Below, piece by piece: positions 14,748 to 22,549 of a DNA stretch of 32,000 nucleotides. The DNA is from Brevibacillus gelatini (GTDB lineage: Bacteria; Bacillota; Bacilli; Brevibacillales; Brevibacillaceae). The translations under genes and the position numbers were made by a program. The first letter of the stretch is position 1; each line of letters starts with the position of its first letter. Where the stretch lies: the NCBI RefSeq assembly GCF_003710935.1, contig NZ_RHHS01000047.1, forward strand, positions 65,648 through 97,647, read 5' to 3'. Below the pieces are notes generated by a model, which saw nothing but the letters and a program-made list of their open reading frames with translations, had not been told where the DNA came from and made no database searches.

Positions 14748-15701
14748 ATGAAAGCAGTCAATTGGAACAGGCCGGACGACGATTTTACGATGACCTTTTG
14801 GAACCAGAACATCATGCAGTTCTGGACGGATGACGAGATTCCGCTCTCGGATGACAAAATGTCCTGGATGGAGCTTAGCGCTTCGGAACGGGACACGTAC
14901 AAAAAAGTGCTCGGCGGACTGACCTTGCTCGACACCGTGCAAGGTGGCGTAGGGATGCCGAAAATCATGGAGCATGTGGACGGACTGCAGCGCAAGGCCG
15001 TCCTGGCCTTCATGGGCATGATGGAGCAAATTCACGCCAAATCGTACAGCAGCATTTTCACGACGCTCGCTGCTACGGAAGAGATCGACGAAATTTTTGC
15101 CTGGGTCGAGCGCAATCCGCATCTGCAAAAGAAAGCGGCACTCATCGCGAAGCGCTACCAGGAGATCGAGACGCCGAAAGATTTTTACATGGCGATGGTC
15201 GCTTCTGTCTTTTTGGAAAGCTACCTGTTTTACAGCGGCTTTTTCTACCCGCTCTATTTGGCTGGGCAGGGCAAGATGACGAGCAGCGGCGAAATTATCG
15301 ACCTGATTGTGCGGGATGAAAGCATTCACGGCCTGTACGTCGGCGTGCTCGCGCAGGAAGTGTATCAAAAGCTCAGCGTCGTGGAGCAGACGGCGGTCAG
15401 AGAAGAGCTGTACGCACTCCTGCACGAGCTGCACGCAAATGAAGAGGAGTACACCGTCTCCTTGTACACAGAGATTGGTCTCGCAGACGAGGTGCTGGCC
15501 TACGTGCGCTACAACGCCAACAAAGCGCTGATGAATCTGGGGCTGGAACCGTTCTTCCCGGAAGAGGAGGTCAACCCGATCGTCCTGAACGGGATACGGA
15601 CGCATACGAAGCAGCACGATTTCTTCTCGAAAAAAGGCAATGGCTACGTCCGCACGCTCAACGTCGAGCCGCTGACGGATGACGATTTTCGTTTTGAGTG
15701 A
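14748..15701 (+). CDS. nrdF: class Ib ribonucleoside-diphosphate reductase beta subunit NrdF
   Basis: 317 aa with di-metal and tyrosyl-radical motifs ([29 protein letters not shown]) and the acidic C-terminal tail that binds NrdE. Confidence 0.93.
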   Translation: MKAVNWNRPDDDFTMTFWNQNIMQFWTDDEIPLSDDKMSWMELSASERDTYKKVLGGLTLLDTVQGGVGMPKIMEHVDGLQRKAVLAFMGMMEQIHAKSYSSIFTTLAATEEIDEIFAWVERNPHLQKKAALIAKRYQEIETPKDFYMAMVASVFLESYLFYSGFFYPLYLAGQGKMTSSGEIIDLIVRDESIHGLYVGVLAQEVYQKLSVVEQTAVREELYALLHELHANEEEYTVSLYTEIGLADEVLAYVRYNANKALMNLGLEPFFPEEEVNPIVLNGIRTHTKQHDFFSKKGNGYVRTLNVEPLTDDDFRFE

Positions 15702-15726
15702 AAAACTTAAACGATTGTTTAAAAAG

Positions 15727-15754
15727 GCTGCTGTCTACAGATGGCAGTCTTTTT
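15727..15754 (+). terminator. intrinsic terminator of the nrd operon
   Basis: CTGCTGTCT (15728-15736) pairs with AGATGGCAG (15739-15747), followed by TCTTTTT. Confidence 0.65.
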
Positions 15755-16114
15755 GCTGTGCTTGAAAGAAACTGCGAGTGGGACCTCACGCGGAATGTGC
15801 ACGATGTCGTGTGGGAGAGGGAATAATAGTTTTATTTATTCGAAAATACTTTTTCATTCATATTTGTGTTATAAATAAATGATGTGTCGCTCTTCTCCTT
15901 GCCAGCCAGTCTATGAGAGTTGGACTTATGCAGCAAGGTAGAAACGGAGAGAGAGTCATGCAAACATCGAGTGATTCGTTTGGAGGACTGATTTATCTGA
16001 CAAGGAATCCAGTTTGGCTGGAGTCTGGATAAAGCGGCAGACTTCGTGAATTTTTTCACTAATCTGAGGGTTGCTGAAAAGAGCCCTTTGCTTTTTATCA
16101 CAGGAGGTTTTGTC

Positions 16115-17467
16115 ATGCATCAAGAAGTTTCCTATTCGTTCATCGTCATCATCGGATTCATGCTGTTTGCGCTGTTTTTTGGCGCGGGCAATCTGATATT
16201 TCCTCCGATGCTCGGACAGATGGCGGGAACGAATGTCTGGGAAGCCAACGTCGGCTTTCTCGTGACCGGGGTTGGCCTTCCACTTTTGGCAATTACAGCG
16301 TTGGTGTATTCAGGTAAAAACGATTTGCGCTCGCTGGCAAGCCGCGTGCACCCGCTGTTTGGCCTCGTCTTCACCATCATGCTCTATTTGGCCATCGGGC
16401 CGTTTTTTGCCATTCCGCGCTCCGGGAATGTGTCGTTTGAGATCGGGATCAAGCCGTTCTTATCCGAGCAGGCCGGTCCTGTGCCGCTGATTGTCTTTAC
16501 CGTCCTGTTCTTCACGCTCGCTTGCCTGTTGTCGCTCAATCCTGGAAAAATTATCAATGTAGTCGGAAAAGTCTTGACACCGATGAAGCTGACGTTTATC
16601 GGCATCATCGTCCTGACGGCCATTGTGTATCCGATTGGCGAGCTGCAAGCGCCAGTGGGGGATTACCAGTCCAAGGCGTTTTTCAAAGGATTCCAGGACG
16701 GCTATTTAACCTTGGACGCTCTTGGGGCATTTGTATTTGGCATCATCATCGTTCAGGCGATCAAGGAAAAAGGCGTTACGGCGCGAAAGCAAATTTTGCT
16801 GACGTGCGCCAAAGCGACGCTGATTGCAGGTGTGCTCCTGGCGTTTTTCTACTCGGTGCTCGCCTACATGGGCGCTTCCAGTGTGGAAAAGCTCGGTCAT
16901 CTGGAAAACGGCGCGCAAGTTTTGGCCAAAGTGTCGAATTATTACTTCGGTTCTTACGGCGGCCTGCTGCTCGGTCTGATGATTACCGCGGCCTGCCTGA
17001 CAACCAGCGTTGGACTGATTACGGCGTGCTCGTCGTTTTTCCACGCCTTGTTTCCGCGCATTTCGTATAAAAAGATTGCCGTAATTTTGGCTGTGTTCAG
17101 CACACTCGTCGCCAATATCGGGCTGACCGCACTCATCAAGGTGTCCGTTCCGGTTTTGACGATGATGTACCCCATCGCCATCGCGCTGATCTTTTTGACG
17201 TTTTTGCATCAGGCGTTTGGCGGGCGGCCAGAGGTGTATCAGGGTTGCTTGTTCGCCACGTTTCTCATCAGTCTGTTTGACGGGCTGAATGCTGGCGGGA
17301 TCGAGGTCCAGGCGATCCATGACGTCTTTTCACGCTACTTGCCCATGTACACAATCGGGCTGGGCTGGCTGCTTCCTGGTTTGGTCGGGGGCGCAGTCGG
17401 CTACCTCATTTATTTGATTCGCAAACCATCCCTGCGTGCGCATGAGCTTCGCCTGACCAAACAATAA
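16115..17467 (+). CDS. brnQ: branched-chain amino acid transport system II carrier BrnQ
   Basis: MHQEVSYSFIVIIGFMLFALFFGAGNLIFPPMLGQMAG is the conserved LIVCS-family N-terminus, and the protein has 12 hydrophobic segments. ATG 16115 lies 7 nt after AGGAGG; the track start 16046 is an unsupported extension. Confidence 0.9.
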   Translation: MHQEVSYSFIVIIGFMLFALFFGAGNLIFPPMLGQMAGTNVWEANVGFLVTGVGLPLLAITALVYSGKNDLRSLASRVHPLFGLVFTIMLYLAIGPFFAIPRSGNVSFEIGIKPFLSEQAGPVPLIVFTVLFFTLACLLSLNPGKIINVVGKVLTPMKLTFIGIIVLTAIVYPIGELQAPVGDYQSKAFFKGFQDGYLTLDALGAFVFGIIIVQAIKEKGVTARKQILLTCAKATLIAGVLLAFFYSVLAYMGASSVEKLGHLENGAQVLAKVSNYYFGSYGGLLLGLMITAACLTTSVGLITACSSFFHALFPRISYKKIAVILAVFSTLVANIGLTALIKVSVPVLTMMYPIAIALIFLTFLHQAFGGRPEVYQGCLFATFLISLFDGLNAGGIEVQAIHDVFSRYLPMYTIGLGWLLPGLVGGAVGYLIYLIRKPSLRAHELRLTKQ

Positions 17468-17608
17468 GGCAGAGCGAATAGAGTTTGGCGGCAGTTCCCT
17501 GTGCTTTCGATGATGTGGGGAAGCGGCGGCAGTTTTGCATGACAAAAGTGCTGGTTATGGTGCTCCAGCCAGGAAAATACTTGGATGCTCTGAACTCACT
17601 GTTTAATC

Positions 17609-17652
17609 GGCATGTCTGACGTTCTTTCAGATCGTTGGACATGCCTTTTTTT
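17609..17652 (+). terminator. intrinsic terminator downstream of brnQ
   Basis: GGCATGTC (17609-17616) pairs with GACATGCC (17638-17645), followed by T7. It lies about 140 nt after the stop codon. Confidence 0.7.
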
Positions 17653-17695
17653 AAGTGGAAAAAAAGGAAAGGTTGTTACGAGAAAAGCCGTGCGA

Positions 17696-18160
17696 TTAAA
17701 GCAACTGTTGCTGCACATATGGCCGCAGCTCCTCTGTAAACTGCTCGACCAGTTCGGGCCGCCCGTGAAACTGCGCTGGCGTATTTTGAAACAGCACGTC
17801 TTCCCACTGCTCGTCCTGTTTTTTGGCGACAAGCGTCTGGTGCGCATGGAGCGTCGGTTCCAGCTCGTCTTTTCCGGGCGGGATCATGCCGACCATGGCG
17901 CGAACCATCCCTACTTCCTCGCCGAGCAGGCATACGGACTTGATCTTGTACACGAAGGGGGGAGTCCGGTGATGGGAAAAAATGTCGTGCAGGTGGGTAA
18001 AAATCGTCTTTCGTCCGATCATCTGGCTGCCGTCGAATCCGATCAGCTCGCCGTCTGCCGCAAACGGCGCAGACATGTCGGCTGCATTGTGGTCGTTCCA
18101 GCCCTTGATGACCTTCTGGTAAAGGCTGCGGATCGCATCTTCGCATGTTGCTGTGTCCAT
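17696..18160 (-). CDS. SgcJ/EcaC-family NTF2-like (DUF4440) protein
   Basis: 154 aa. The N-terminus DAIRSLYQKVIKGWNDHNAADMSAPFAADGELIGFDGSQMIGRKTI and the C-terminal W...FQNTP follow the SgcJ/EcaC (TIGR02246-like) pattern. SD AAGGAGG is present. Confidence 0.75.
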   Translation of the reverse strand: MDTATCEDAIRSLYQKVIKGWNDHNAADMSAPFAADGELIGFDGSQMIGRKTIFTHLHDIFSHHRTPPFVYKIKSVCLLGEEVGMVRAMVGMIPPGKDELEPTLHAHQTLVAKKQDEQWEDVLFQNTPAQFHGRPELVEQFTEELRPYVQQQLL

Positions 18161-18327
18161 CCTGACGTACCTCCTTGGGTGGCTGTTTGAATCAGTGTAT
18201 CATACGAAACCGAAACGATGCCAAATGCCGGGACGGCGCTGCTTGCAGAAATCCCAGCCGTTTCCGAGAAGAAATGCTTTATCGAGTCCGTTTGAAATGT
18301 TAAAATTTTCTGAAAGGGGGTAGATGT

Positions 18328-19827
18328 GTGATGTATCATTTGAATGAAAATTTGTTGCAAAGCGCTCAACATTTTCCGGACCATCCCGCCTTCGTTTTTA
18401 TGGGGGAGACGACCACGTACCGTCAATTGAACCAGCAGGTGGCTGAACTGGCCTCCGGGTTGTCCAGGCTCGGGATCGGAAAAGGGGACGCTGTTGCGCT
18501 CATCATGGACAACCGGCCACAATTTGTAAGCGCTTACTACGCGATTTTGCGGACAGGTGCTGCCGTCGTTCCGATGAATCCAATCTACACGCAAAGAGAG
18601 ATCAGCTTTATCCTCGCCAACAGCCAGGCCAAAGCCGTGATCGCCCTCGCCGCGCTCGAACCTGTCCTCACCCCTTTGAAAGAACAACTCGATCATGTGA
18701 AACATCTCATCTACACAGAGGCGGCTGGCGACGGGCTGACGCTGGAGCAGGTTGCACAAGCAGGGGACGGCAGCTTTGTCGAGCCGGAGCGGCATGAAGA
18801 CGATCTCGCTGTAATTCTGTACACATCCGGCACGACCGGGCAGCCAAAAGGCGCAATGCTCTCTCACCGCAACATGGCTTCCAATGCAGAAGCGATGGGG
18901 ATTTTGTTCGAACTGCTTCCCGAAGATCGGGTGGTGGCTGTGCTGCCGATGTTCCACGTTTTTTGCATGACCGTTTGTCTCAACGGCCCGATCCGCTACG
19001 GGGCATCTATCATTATCATTCCGCGCTTCCATCCGGCAGAGGTGGTCCGCACGATCCGGGAGCAGCAAGCAACCTGCTTTGCGGGCGTGCCGACGATGTA
19101 CAACTACATGCTCCAACTGCCTGATGCGACGAAAGAAGATTTCGCTTCCGTCCGTCTCTGCTGCTCGGGCGGCGCATCCATGCCTGTCGAGCTGCTGCAC
19201 AAGTTCGAAGCGAAGTACGATGTGAAAATACTGGAAGGCTACGGACTGTCCGAGGCGGCTCCGGCAACAGCCTTCAATCCGCTGCACGGAACGAGAAAGC
19301 CTGGATCGGTAGGAGTGAACATCCCCCATGTCGAAAACAAGGTCGTCGATCCGGAGGGCAACGAACTGCCCCGTGGCGAAGTTGGTGAGCTGGTGGTCAA
19401 AGGACCGAACGTCATGCTCGGCTATTTGGGTCTGCCGGAGGATACGGCAGCGACGCTTCGGGACGGCTGGCTGTACACCGGAGATATGGCGCGGATGGAT
19501 GAGGAAGGGTATGTGTACATCGTCGACCGCAAAAAAGACATGATTCTCGTCGATGGCTACAACGTCTACCCGCGTGAGGTGGAGGAAGTGCTCTACCAGC
19601 ATCCGGCGATTATCGAGGCGGCAGTGATCGGCGTGCCTGACGAGGTGCACGGCGAAGCGGTCAAGGCGTTTGTCGCGTTGAAAGAAGTGGCGGTGTCCCA
19701 GGAAGACATCATCGCGTTTTGCCAGGACAAATTGGCGAAGTACAAAGTGCCGCGTCTGGTTGAAATCGTTCCGGAGCTGCCGAAAAACAGCACGGGGAAA
19801 ATATTGCGCCGCGCCTTGCGTCAATAA
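18328..19827 (+). CDS. lcfB: long-chain acyl-CoA synthetase (AMP-forming), YhfL/LcfB-like
   Basis: It has the AMP-binding motifs ILYTSGTTGQPKGAML, EGYGLSE, YTGDMARMDEEGYVYIVDRKKDMI and PKNSTGKILRR. It is collinear with B. subtilis YhfL across the whole length. The start is GTG 18328 or ATG 18331, behind AAAGGGGG. Confidence 0.88.
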   Translation: MMYHLNENLLQSAQHFPDHPAFVFMGETTTYRQLNQQVAELASGLSRLGIGKGDAVALIMDNRPQFVSAYYAILRTGAAVVPMNPIYTQREISFILANSQAKAVIALAALEPVLTPLKEQLDHVKHLIYTEAAGDGLTLEQVAQAGDGSFVEPERHEDDLAVILYTSGTTGQPKGAMLSHRNMASNAEAMGILFELLPEDRVVAVLPMFHVFCMTVCLNGPIRYGASIIIIPRFHPAEVVRTIREQQATCFAGVPTMYNYMLQLPDATKEDFASVRLCCSGGASMPVELLHKFEAKYDVKILEGYGLSEAAPATAFNPLHGTRKPGSVGVNIPHVENKVVDPEGNELPRGEVGELVVKGPNVMLGYLGLPEDTAATLRDGWLYTGDMARMDEEGYVYIVDRKKDMILVDGYNVYPREVEEVLYQHPAIIEAAVIGVPDEVHGEAVKAFVALKEVAVSQEDIIAFCQDKLAKYKVPRLVEIVPELPKNSTGKILRRALRQ

Positions 19828-19851
19828 GCAGCAGTTGGGGGCAGCAGAAGG

Positions 19852-19890
19852 AAATGAACCGGACCCACGCAGGAGTCTGGTTCATTTTTT
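19852..19890 (+). terminator. intrinsic terminator of the acyl-CoA synthetase gene
   Basis: AAATGAACCGGAC (19852-19864) pairs with GTCTGGTTCATTT (19875-19887), a 13-bp stem running into a T6 tract. Confidence 0.85.
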
Positions 19891-19971
19891 GGCAAAGACA
19901 GCTTCGTTCTGGTTTTGGCGCAGGTGGCAGGCGGGCTGGAGTTTCTGGCGCTGCAGAAGGGGCTGCGATCA

Positions 19972-20014
19972 CTTCCCTTTGCAAAGTTTCCAGGCAGAAC
20001 TTTGCAAAGGGAAG
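19972..20014. repeat. perfect 17-bp inverted repeat with a 9-nt spacer, containing two copies of the palindrome CTTTGCAAAG
   Basis: CTTCCCTTTGCAAAGTT (19972-19988), tccaggcag, AACTTTGCAAAGGGAAG (19998-20014). The palindromes lie at 19977-19986 and 20000-20009, 23 bp centre to centre. No adjacent T tract is present on either strand. Confidence 0.9.
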
Positions 20015-20042
20015 CGAACCAAGATGTTTTGTTTCCCGTCCA

Positions 20043-20072
20043 TTGACAAGGCATTTCCGATATGCCTAGCAT
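20043..20072 (+). promoter_or_regulatory. putative promoter of the thioredoxin-like gene
   Basis: TTGACA (20043-20048), 18 nt, TAGCAT (20067-20072). The spacer is itself an inverted repeat, AGGCAT-N7-ATGCCT (20049-20067). Confidence 0.45.
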
Positions 20073-20105
20073 GAAGCATCAACAAAAAGGAAGGAAAGGC
20101 CCCAG

Positions 20106-20417
20106 ATGCAAGAAATCGACACCGCCACGCTCCACCGCCTTTGCCAACAAAACAGGCCCTTCGCCTTGTTCATCTACACCCCCATGTGCGGCACCTGCAA
20201 GCTGGCGGAGCGGATGCTATTTGTCGCCAGGGAAGCGCTCTCCAGGCAGCTTCCTTTGTACCGACTCAACATCAACACGGCCCCAGCCCTCGCGGAGCGG
20301 CTGCAAATCACGAGTGTCCCGGCGCTGTTCCTGTTTTGCGGGGAACAGGTCACGGGCAGGCATTATGCGCTGCACTCCGTCGGTTTTTTGTACGACGTGC
20401 TGAAAACACTCGCCTAG
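20106..20417 (+). CDS. thioredoxin-family protein (CGTC active-site motif)
   Basis: 103 aa. FALFIYTPMCGTCKLAERML...ITSVPALFLF shows the thioredoxin-fold layout with a CxxC motif and the cis-Pro region (SVPAL). Confidence 0.75.
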   Translation: MQEIDTATLHRLCQQNRPFALFIYTPMCGTCKLAERMLFVAREALSRQLPLYRLNINTAPALAERLQITSVPALFLFCGEQVTGRHYALHSVGFLYDVLKTLA

Positions 20418-20481
20418 ACAAACACCTAACCCCTTCGTGCTGAATACAAGAAAGAGAGACATATTGCGAAGGGGGAGGCGC

Positions 20482-21765
20482 ATGCAAATCCATGTCGTGG
20501 AAGAAGGACAGACGCTGTCTGGCATAGCCGCACTGTATGGGTCGACTGCTGAGGCGATCGCGGAAGTAAATGAACTGCCCGATCCAGGCAGGCTCGTCGT
20601 AGGACAGGCGATGGTGATTCCGATTGTCGGGAGTTACCACTGGGTCAGGCAGGGAGACACCCTGTATACGATCGGGCAACGCTACCAGATCAGCGCAGCC
20701 GAACTGGCCCGCGTCAATAACATATCGCAGTACCGCCCGTTGCAAATCGGGCAACGCTTGTACATCCCGCCCCGTCCGCGGCGGGCGGCGGATTTCAATG
20801 CGTATGCGGAGCCGCGCAGGACCGTTTCGCCTGTACTGGAAGCGGACGTGCGCACGGCGGCACCGCACCTGACGTACCTGGCACCGTTCAGCTTCCGGAT
20901 CAGACGGGACGGGACGCTGGCCCGGCCGGCATTGAACGATTTTCCCGCGATTGCAAGGCAAAACAATGTGGTACTGATGCTCGTCGTCACCAATCTGGAA
21001 AACGACCAGTTCAGCACGGAACTGGGCGGGCTTATCCTGAACAACCAGGAACTGCAAAACAAGGTGCTCGACAACGTTTTTCAAACGGCGAGAGAGCTTG
21101 GGATGGGAGACATCCATTTCGATATGGAGGCGCTCCCGGCTACGGATCGCGAGGCGTACATCCGCTTTTTGCGCAGGGCTCGCGACCGGGCGCACGCCCA
21201 GGGGATGATGCTTTCTGTCGCTTTGGCACCGAAGACGAGCGCCGAGCAGCAAGGCAGGTGGTACAGCGCCCACGATTACCGGGCGATTGGCGAGATTGCC
21301 GACTTTGTCGTTATCATGACGTATGAGTGGGGCTACAGCGGGGGGCCGCCGATGGCCGTGTCGCCAATTGGGCCAGTTCGTCGTGTCCTCCAATATGCCC
21401 TGACTGAAATGCCAGCCGAAAAAATTTTGATGGGCCAAAACTTGTACGGCTACGACTGGACGTTGCCGTATGAGCAGGGAACGACGGCGCGAGCGTTGAG
21501 TCCGCAGGCAGCGATTGCCCTCGCGGCGCGGGAAAACGCCGTAATCCGCTACGATTACCGGGCGCAGGCACCGTTTTTCCACTATACGGCAGACGATGGC
21601 AAACGGCATGAGGTATGGTTTGAGGACGCCCGCTCGATTCAAGCCAAATTCGATCTGGTGAAGCAACTGGGCATTCGTGGAGTCAGCTTCTGGAAGCTCG
21701 GTTTGCCGTTTCCGCAAAACTGGCTGCTGATCGAAAGCAACTTCCGCGTCCGCAAACGGACGTAG
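20482..21765 (+). CDS. yaaH: spore cortex fragment-lytic enzyme, 2x LysM + glycoside hydrolase family 18 (YaaH/SleL-like)
   Basis: Two LysM repeats are present (HVVEEGQTLSGIAALYG...GQAMVIP and HWVRQGDTLYTIGQRYQ...GQRLYIP), followed by a GH18 domain (DIHFDMEAL, MTYEWGY, GVSFWKLG). At 427 aa it has the same architecture and size as B. subtilis YaaH. ATG 20482 lies behind GGGGGAGG. Confidence 0.85.
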   Translation: MQIHVVEEGQTLSGIAALYGSTAEAIAEVNELPDPGRLVVGQAMVIPIVGSYHWVRQGDTLYTIGQRYQISAAELARVNNISQYRPLQIGQRLYIPPRPRRAADFNAYAEPRRTVSPVLEADVRTAAPHLTYLAPFSFRIRRDGTLARPALNDFPAIARQNNVVLMLVVTNLENDQFSTELGGLILNNQELQNKVLDNVFQTARELGMGDIHFDMEALPATDREAYIRFLRRARDRAHAQGMMLSVALAPKTSAEQQGRWYSAHDYRAIGEIADFVVIMTYEWGYSGGPPMAVSPIGPVRRVLQYALTEMPAEKILMGQNLYGYDWTLPYEQGTTARALSPQAAIALAARENAVIRYDYRAQAPFFHYTADDGKRHEVWFEDARSIQAKFDLVKQLGIRGVSFWKLGLPFPQNWLLIESNFRVRKRT

Positions 21766-21789
21766 CGAGCAGACGTACAGATAAGAATG

Positions 21790-21816
21790 GGCTGCGCCAA
21801 ACGGCTTGGCGCAGCC
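21790..21816 (+). terminator. hairpin after yaaH (terminator-like, weak T tract)
   Basis: GGCTGCGCCAA (21790-21800) pairs with TTGGCGCAGCC (21806-21816), a perfect 11-bp stem, followed by AAGTTTAT. Confidence 0.55.
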
Positions 21817-21998
21817 AAGTTTATGAATCGGGCCTGTCACCCGGGAAGTCCCCCATACGCACTGCGCACTGCTCAGAGCGTGCTCCGACAGCAAGGCAGG
21901 GCAGCGCAGCCCAGCGCTGAGTGTTGGCCCGGTCACGTTTTCCATCGGTAGCAATCGTGGTATGATGGTTAGAAGAATACGGGAAAAGGAGAGAAAAG

Positions 21999-22226
21999 AT
22001 GGGAGAGTGCAAGCTGAATCACAGCAAAGAGGATGTAGAAAAGAAACTGGCCGAGCAAGCGCCGTTTTTGTCCGAAGCGCGGGTAGGACAGTTCCAGCGC
22101 ATGTTGGAAGGCGAGCTTAGCCAGGAGCGGTTGAACGAGCTGTTTCACCTGTTGAAAAAATACGATCTGGCAAGCCCGGAAGAGCGCCTCGCGCGCGAAC
22201 AGCAGATGGATCGACTGTTTGGCTAG
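21999..22226 (+). CDS. hypothetical small helical protein
   Basis: 75 aa with SD AAAAGGAGAG 6 nt upstream of the ATG. An extended -10, TGgTATGAT, lies about 35 nt upstream. I recognise no family. Confidence 0.55.
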   Translation: MGECKLNHSKEDVEKKLAEQAPFLSEARVGQFQRMLEGELSQERLNELFHLLKKYDLASPEERLAREQQMDRLFG

Positions 22227-22496
22227 AAAAAGCCGTCGGCGGTTCGGTTTGCGGCCCATGAAGTCTGCGTGCAGCCTGTTGTAGTGGGGAAAGATTCTTC
22301 GCTCTCGCGCCAGCACAGGAGCATTTCTTCGCCGTCAATAGGTTGCTGTTGCTAGCTTTGCGCGCGCTTTTTTGATCCATCTCGTAGAAAGAGCGCTTCG
22401 ATTTTTAAAAAAACGAGAGTGCTTAACGTACATAGGGCAACAAGTTGTTCGATCACTTTTCTATCCATATATGAGCACCCCTGGCGGGAGAAAATG

Positions 22497-22535
22497 GCCG
22501 GAATGGAAAAAGCAAATCGCTTTTTTCGTTCCGGC
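22497..22535 (+). promoter_or_regulatory. 17-bp stem-loop in the alaX 5' leader, 3 nt upstream of the SD
   Basis: GCCGGAATGGAAAAAGC-AAATC-GCTTTTTTCGTTCCGGC has 17 consecutive pairs, two of them G-U. SD AAGGAG lies at 22539-22544. A candidate promoter is TTGTTC, 17 nt, TATATG at about 22445-22473. Confidence 0.6.
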
Positions 22536-22549
22536 GGCAAGGAGCAAAA

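Noticed and set aside
13698-15617. 639-aa minus-strand ORF, the longest in the track after nrdE.
   Set aside because: It lies entirely antisense to nrdE/nrdF, whose products are unmistakable. Its own product is low-complexity (R/H/V/L-rich) with no recognisable motif and no SD. This is a typical GC-biased shadow ORF.
15758-16114. A possible T-box riboswitch ahead of brnQ.
   Set aside because: I found no GGTGGnACCGCG T-box sequence, no specifier-loop/AGAGA/GNUGG arrangement and no terminator-antiterminator pair. The region is kept only as an unexplained long leader.
15832-16116. 94-aa minus-strand ORF in the brnQ leader.
   Set aside because: It is Lys/Ser-rich low-complexity sequence with only a weak, distant SD-like element. 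Its start codon is the reverse complement of the brnQ start region. It probably arises because the region is AT-rich.
18188-18207. TGAATCAGTGTATCATACGA between the divergent SgcJ-like and acyl-CoA synthetase genes, a possible FadR (YsiA) box.
   Set aside because: Only the left half (TGAATCA) resembles the TGAATGA half-site and the right half is poor. The palindrome is too degenerate to call without a scoring matrix.
18043-19824. 593-aa minus-strand ORF.
   Set aside because: It is antisense to the acyl-CoA synthetase gene, which carries all AMP-binding motifs. It has no motifs or SD of its own.
20350-21954. 534-aa minus-strand ORF.
   Set aside because: It is antisense to the thioredoxin-like and yaaH/sleL genes. 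It is Arg/Pro-rich shadow sequence.
21817-21970. GC-rich intergenic stretch with short repeats (GCACTGC x2, CAGCGC/GCGCTG, GGGCCTGTCAC/GGCCCGGTCAC) after yaaH.
   Set aside because: The repeats are 6-11 nt and imperfect, and the stems are short. They are consistent with chance in 60% GC sequence. No coherent structure or T tract was found.
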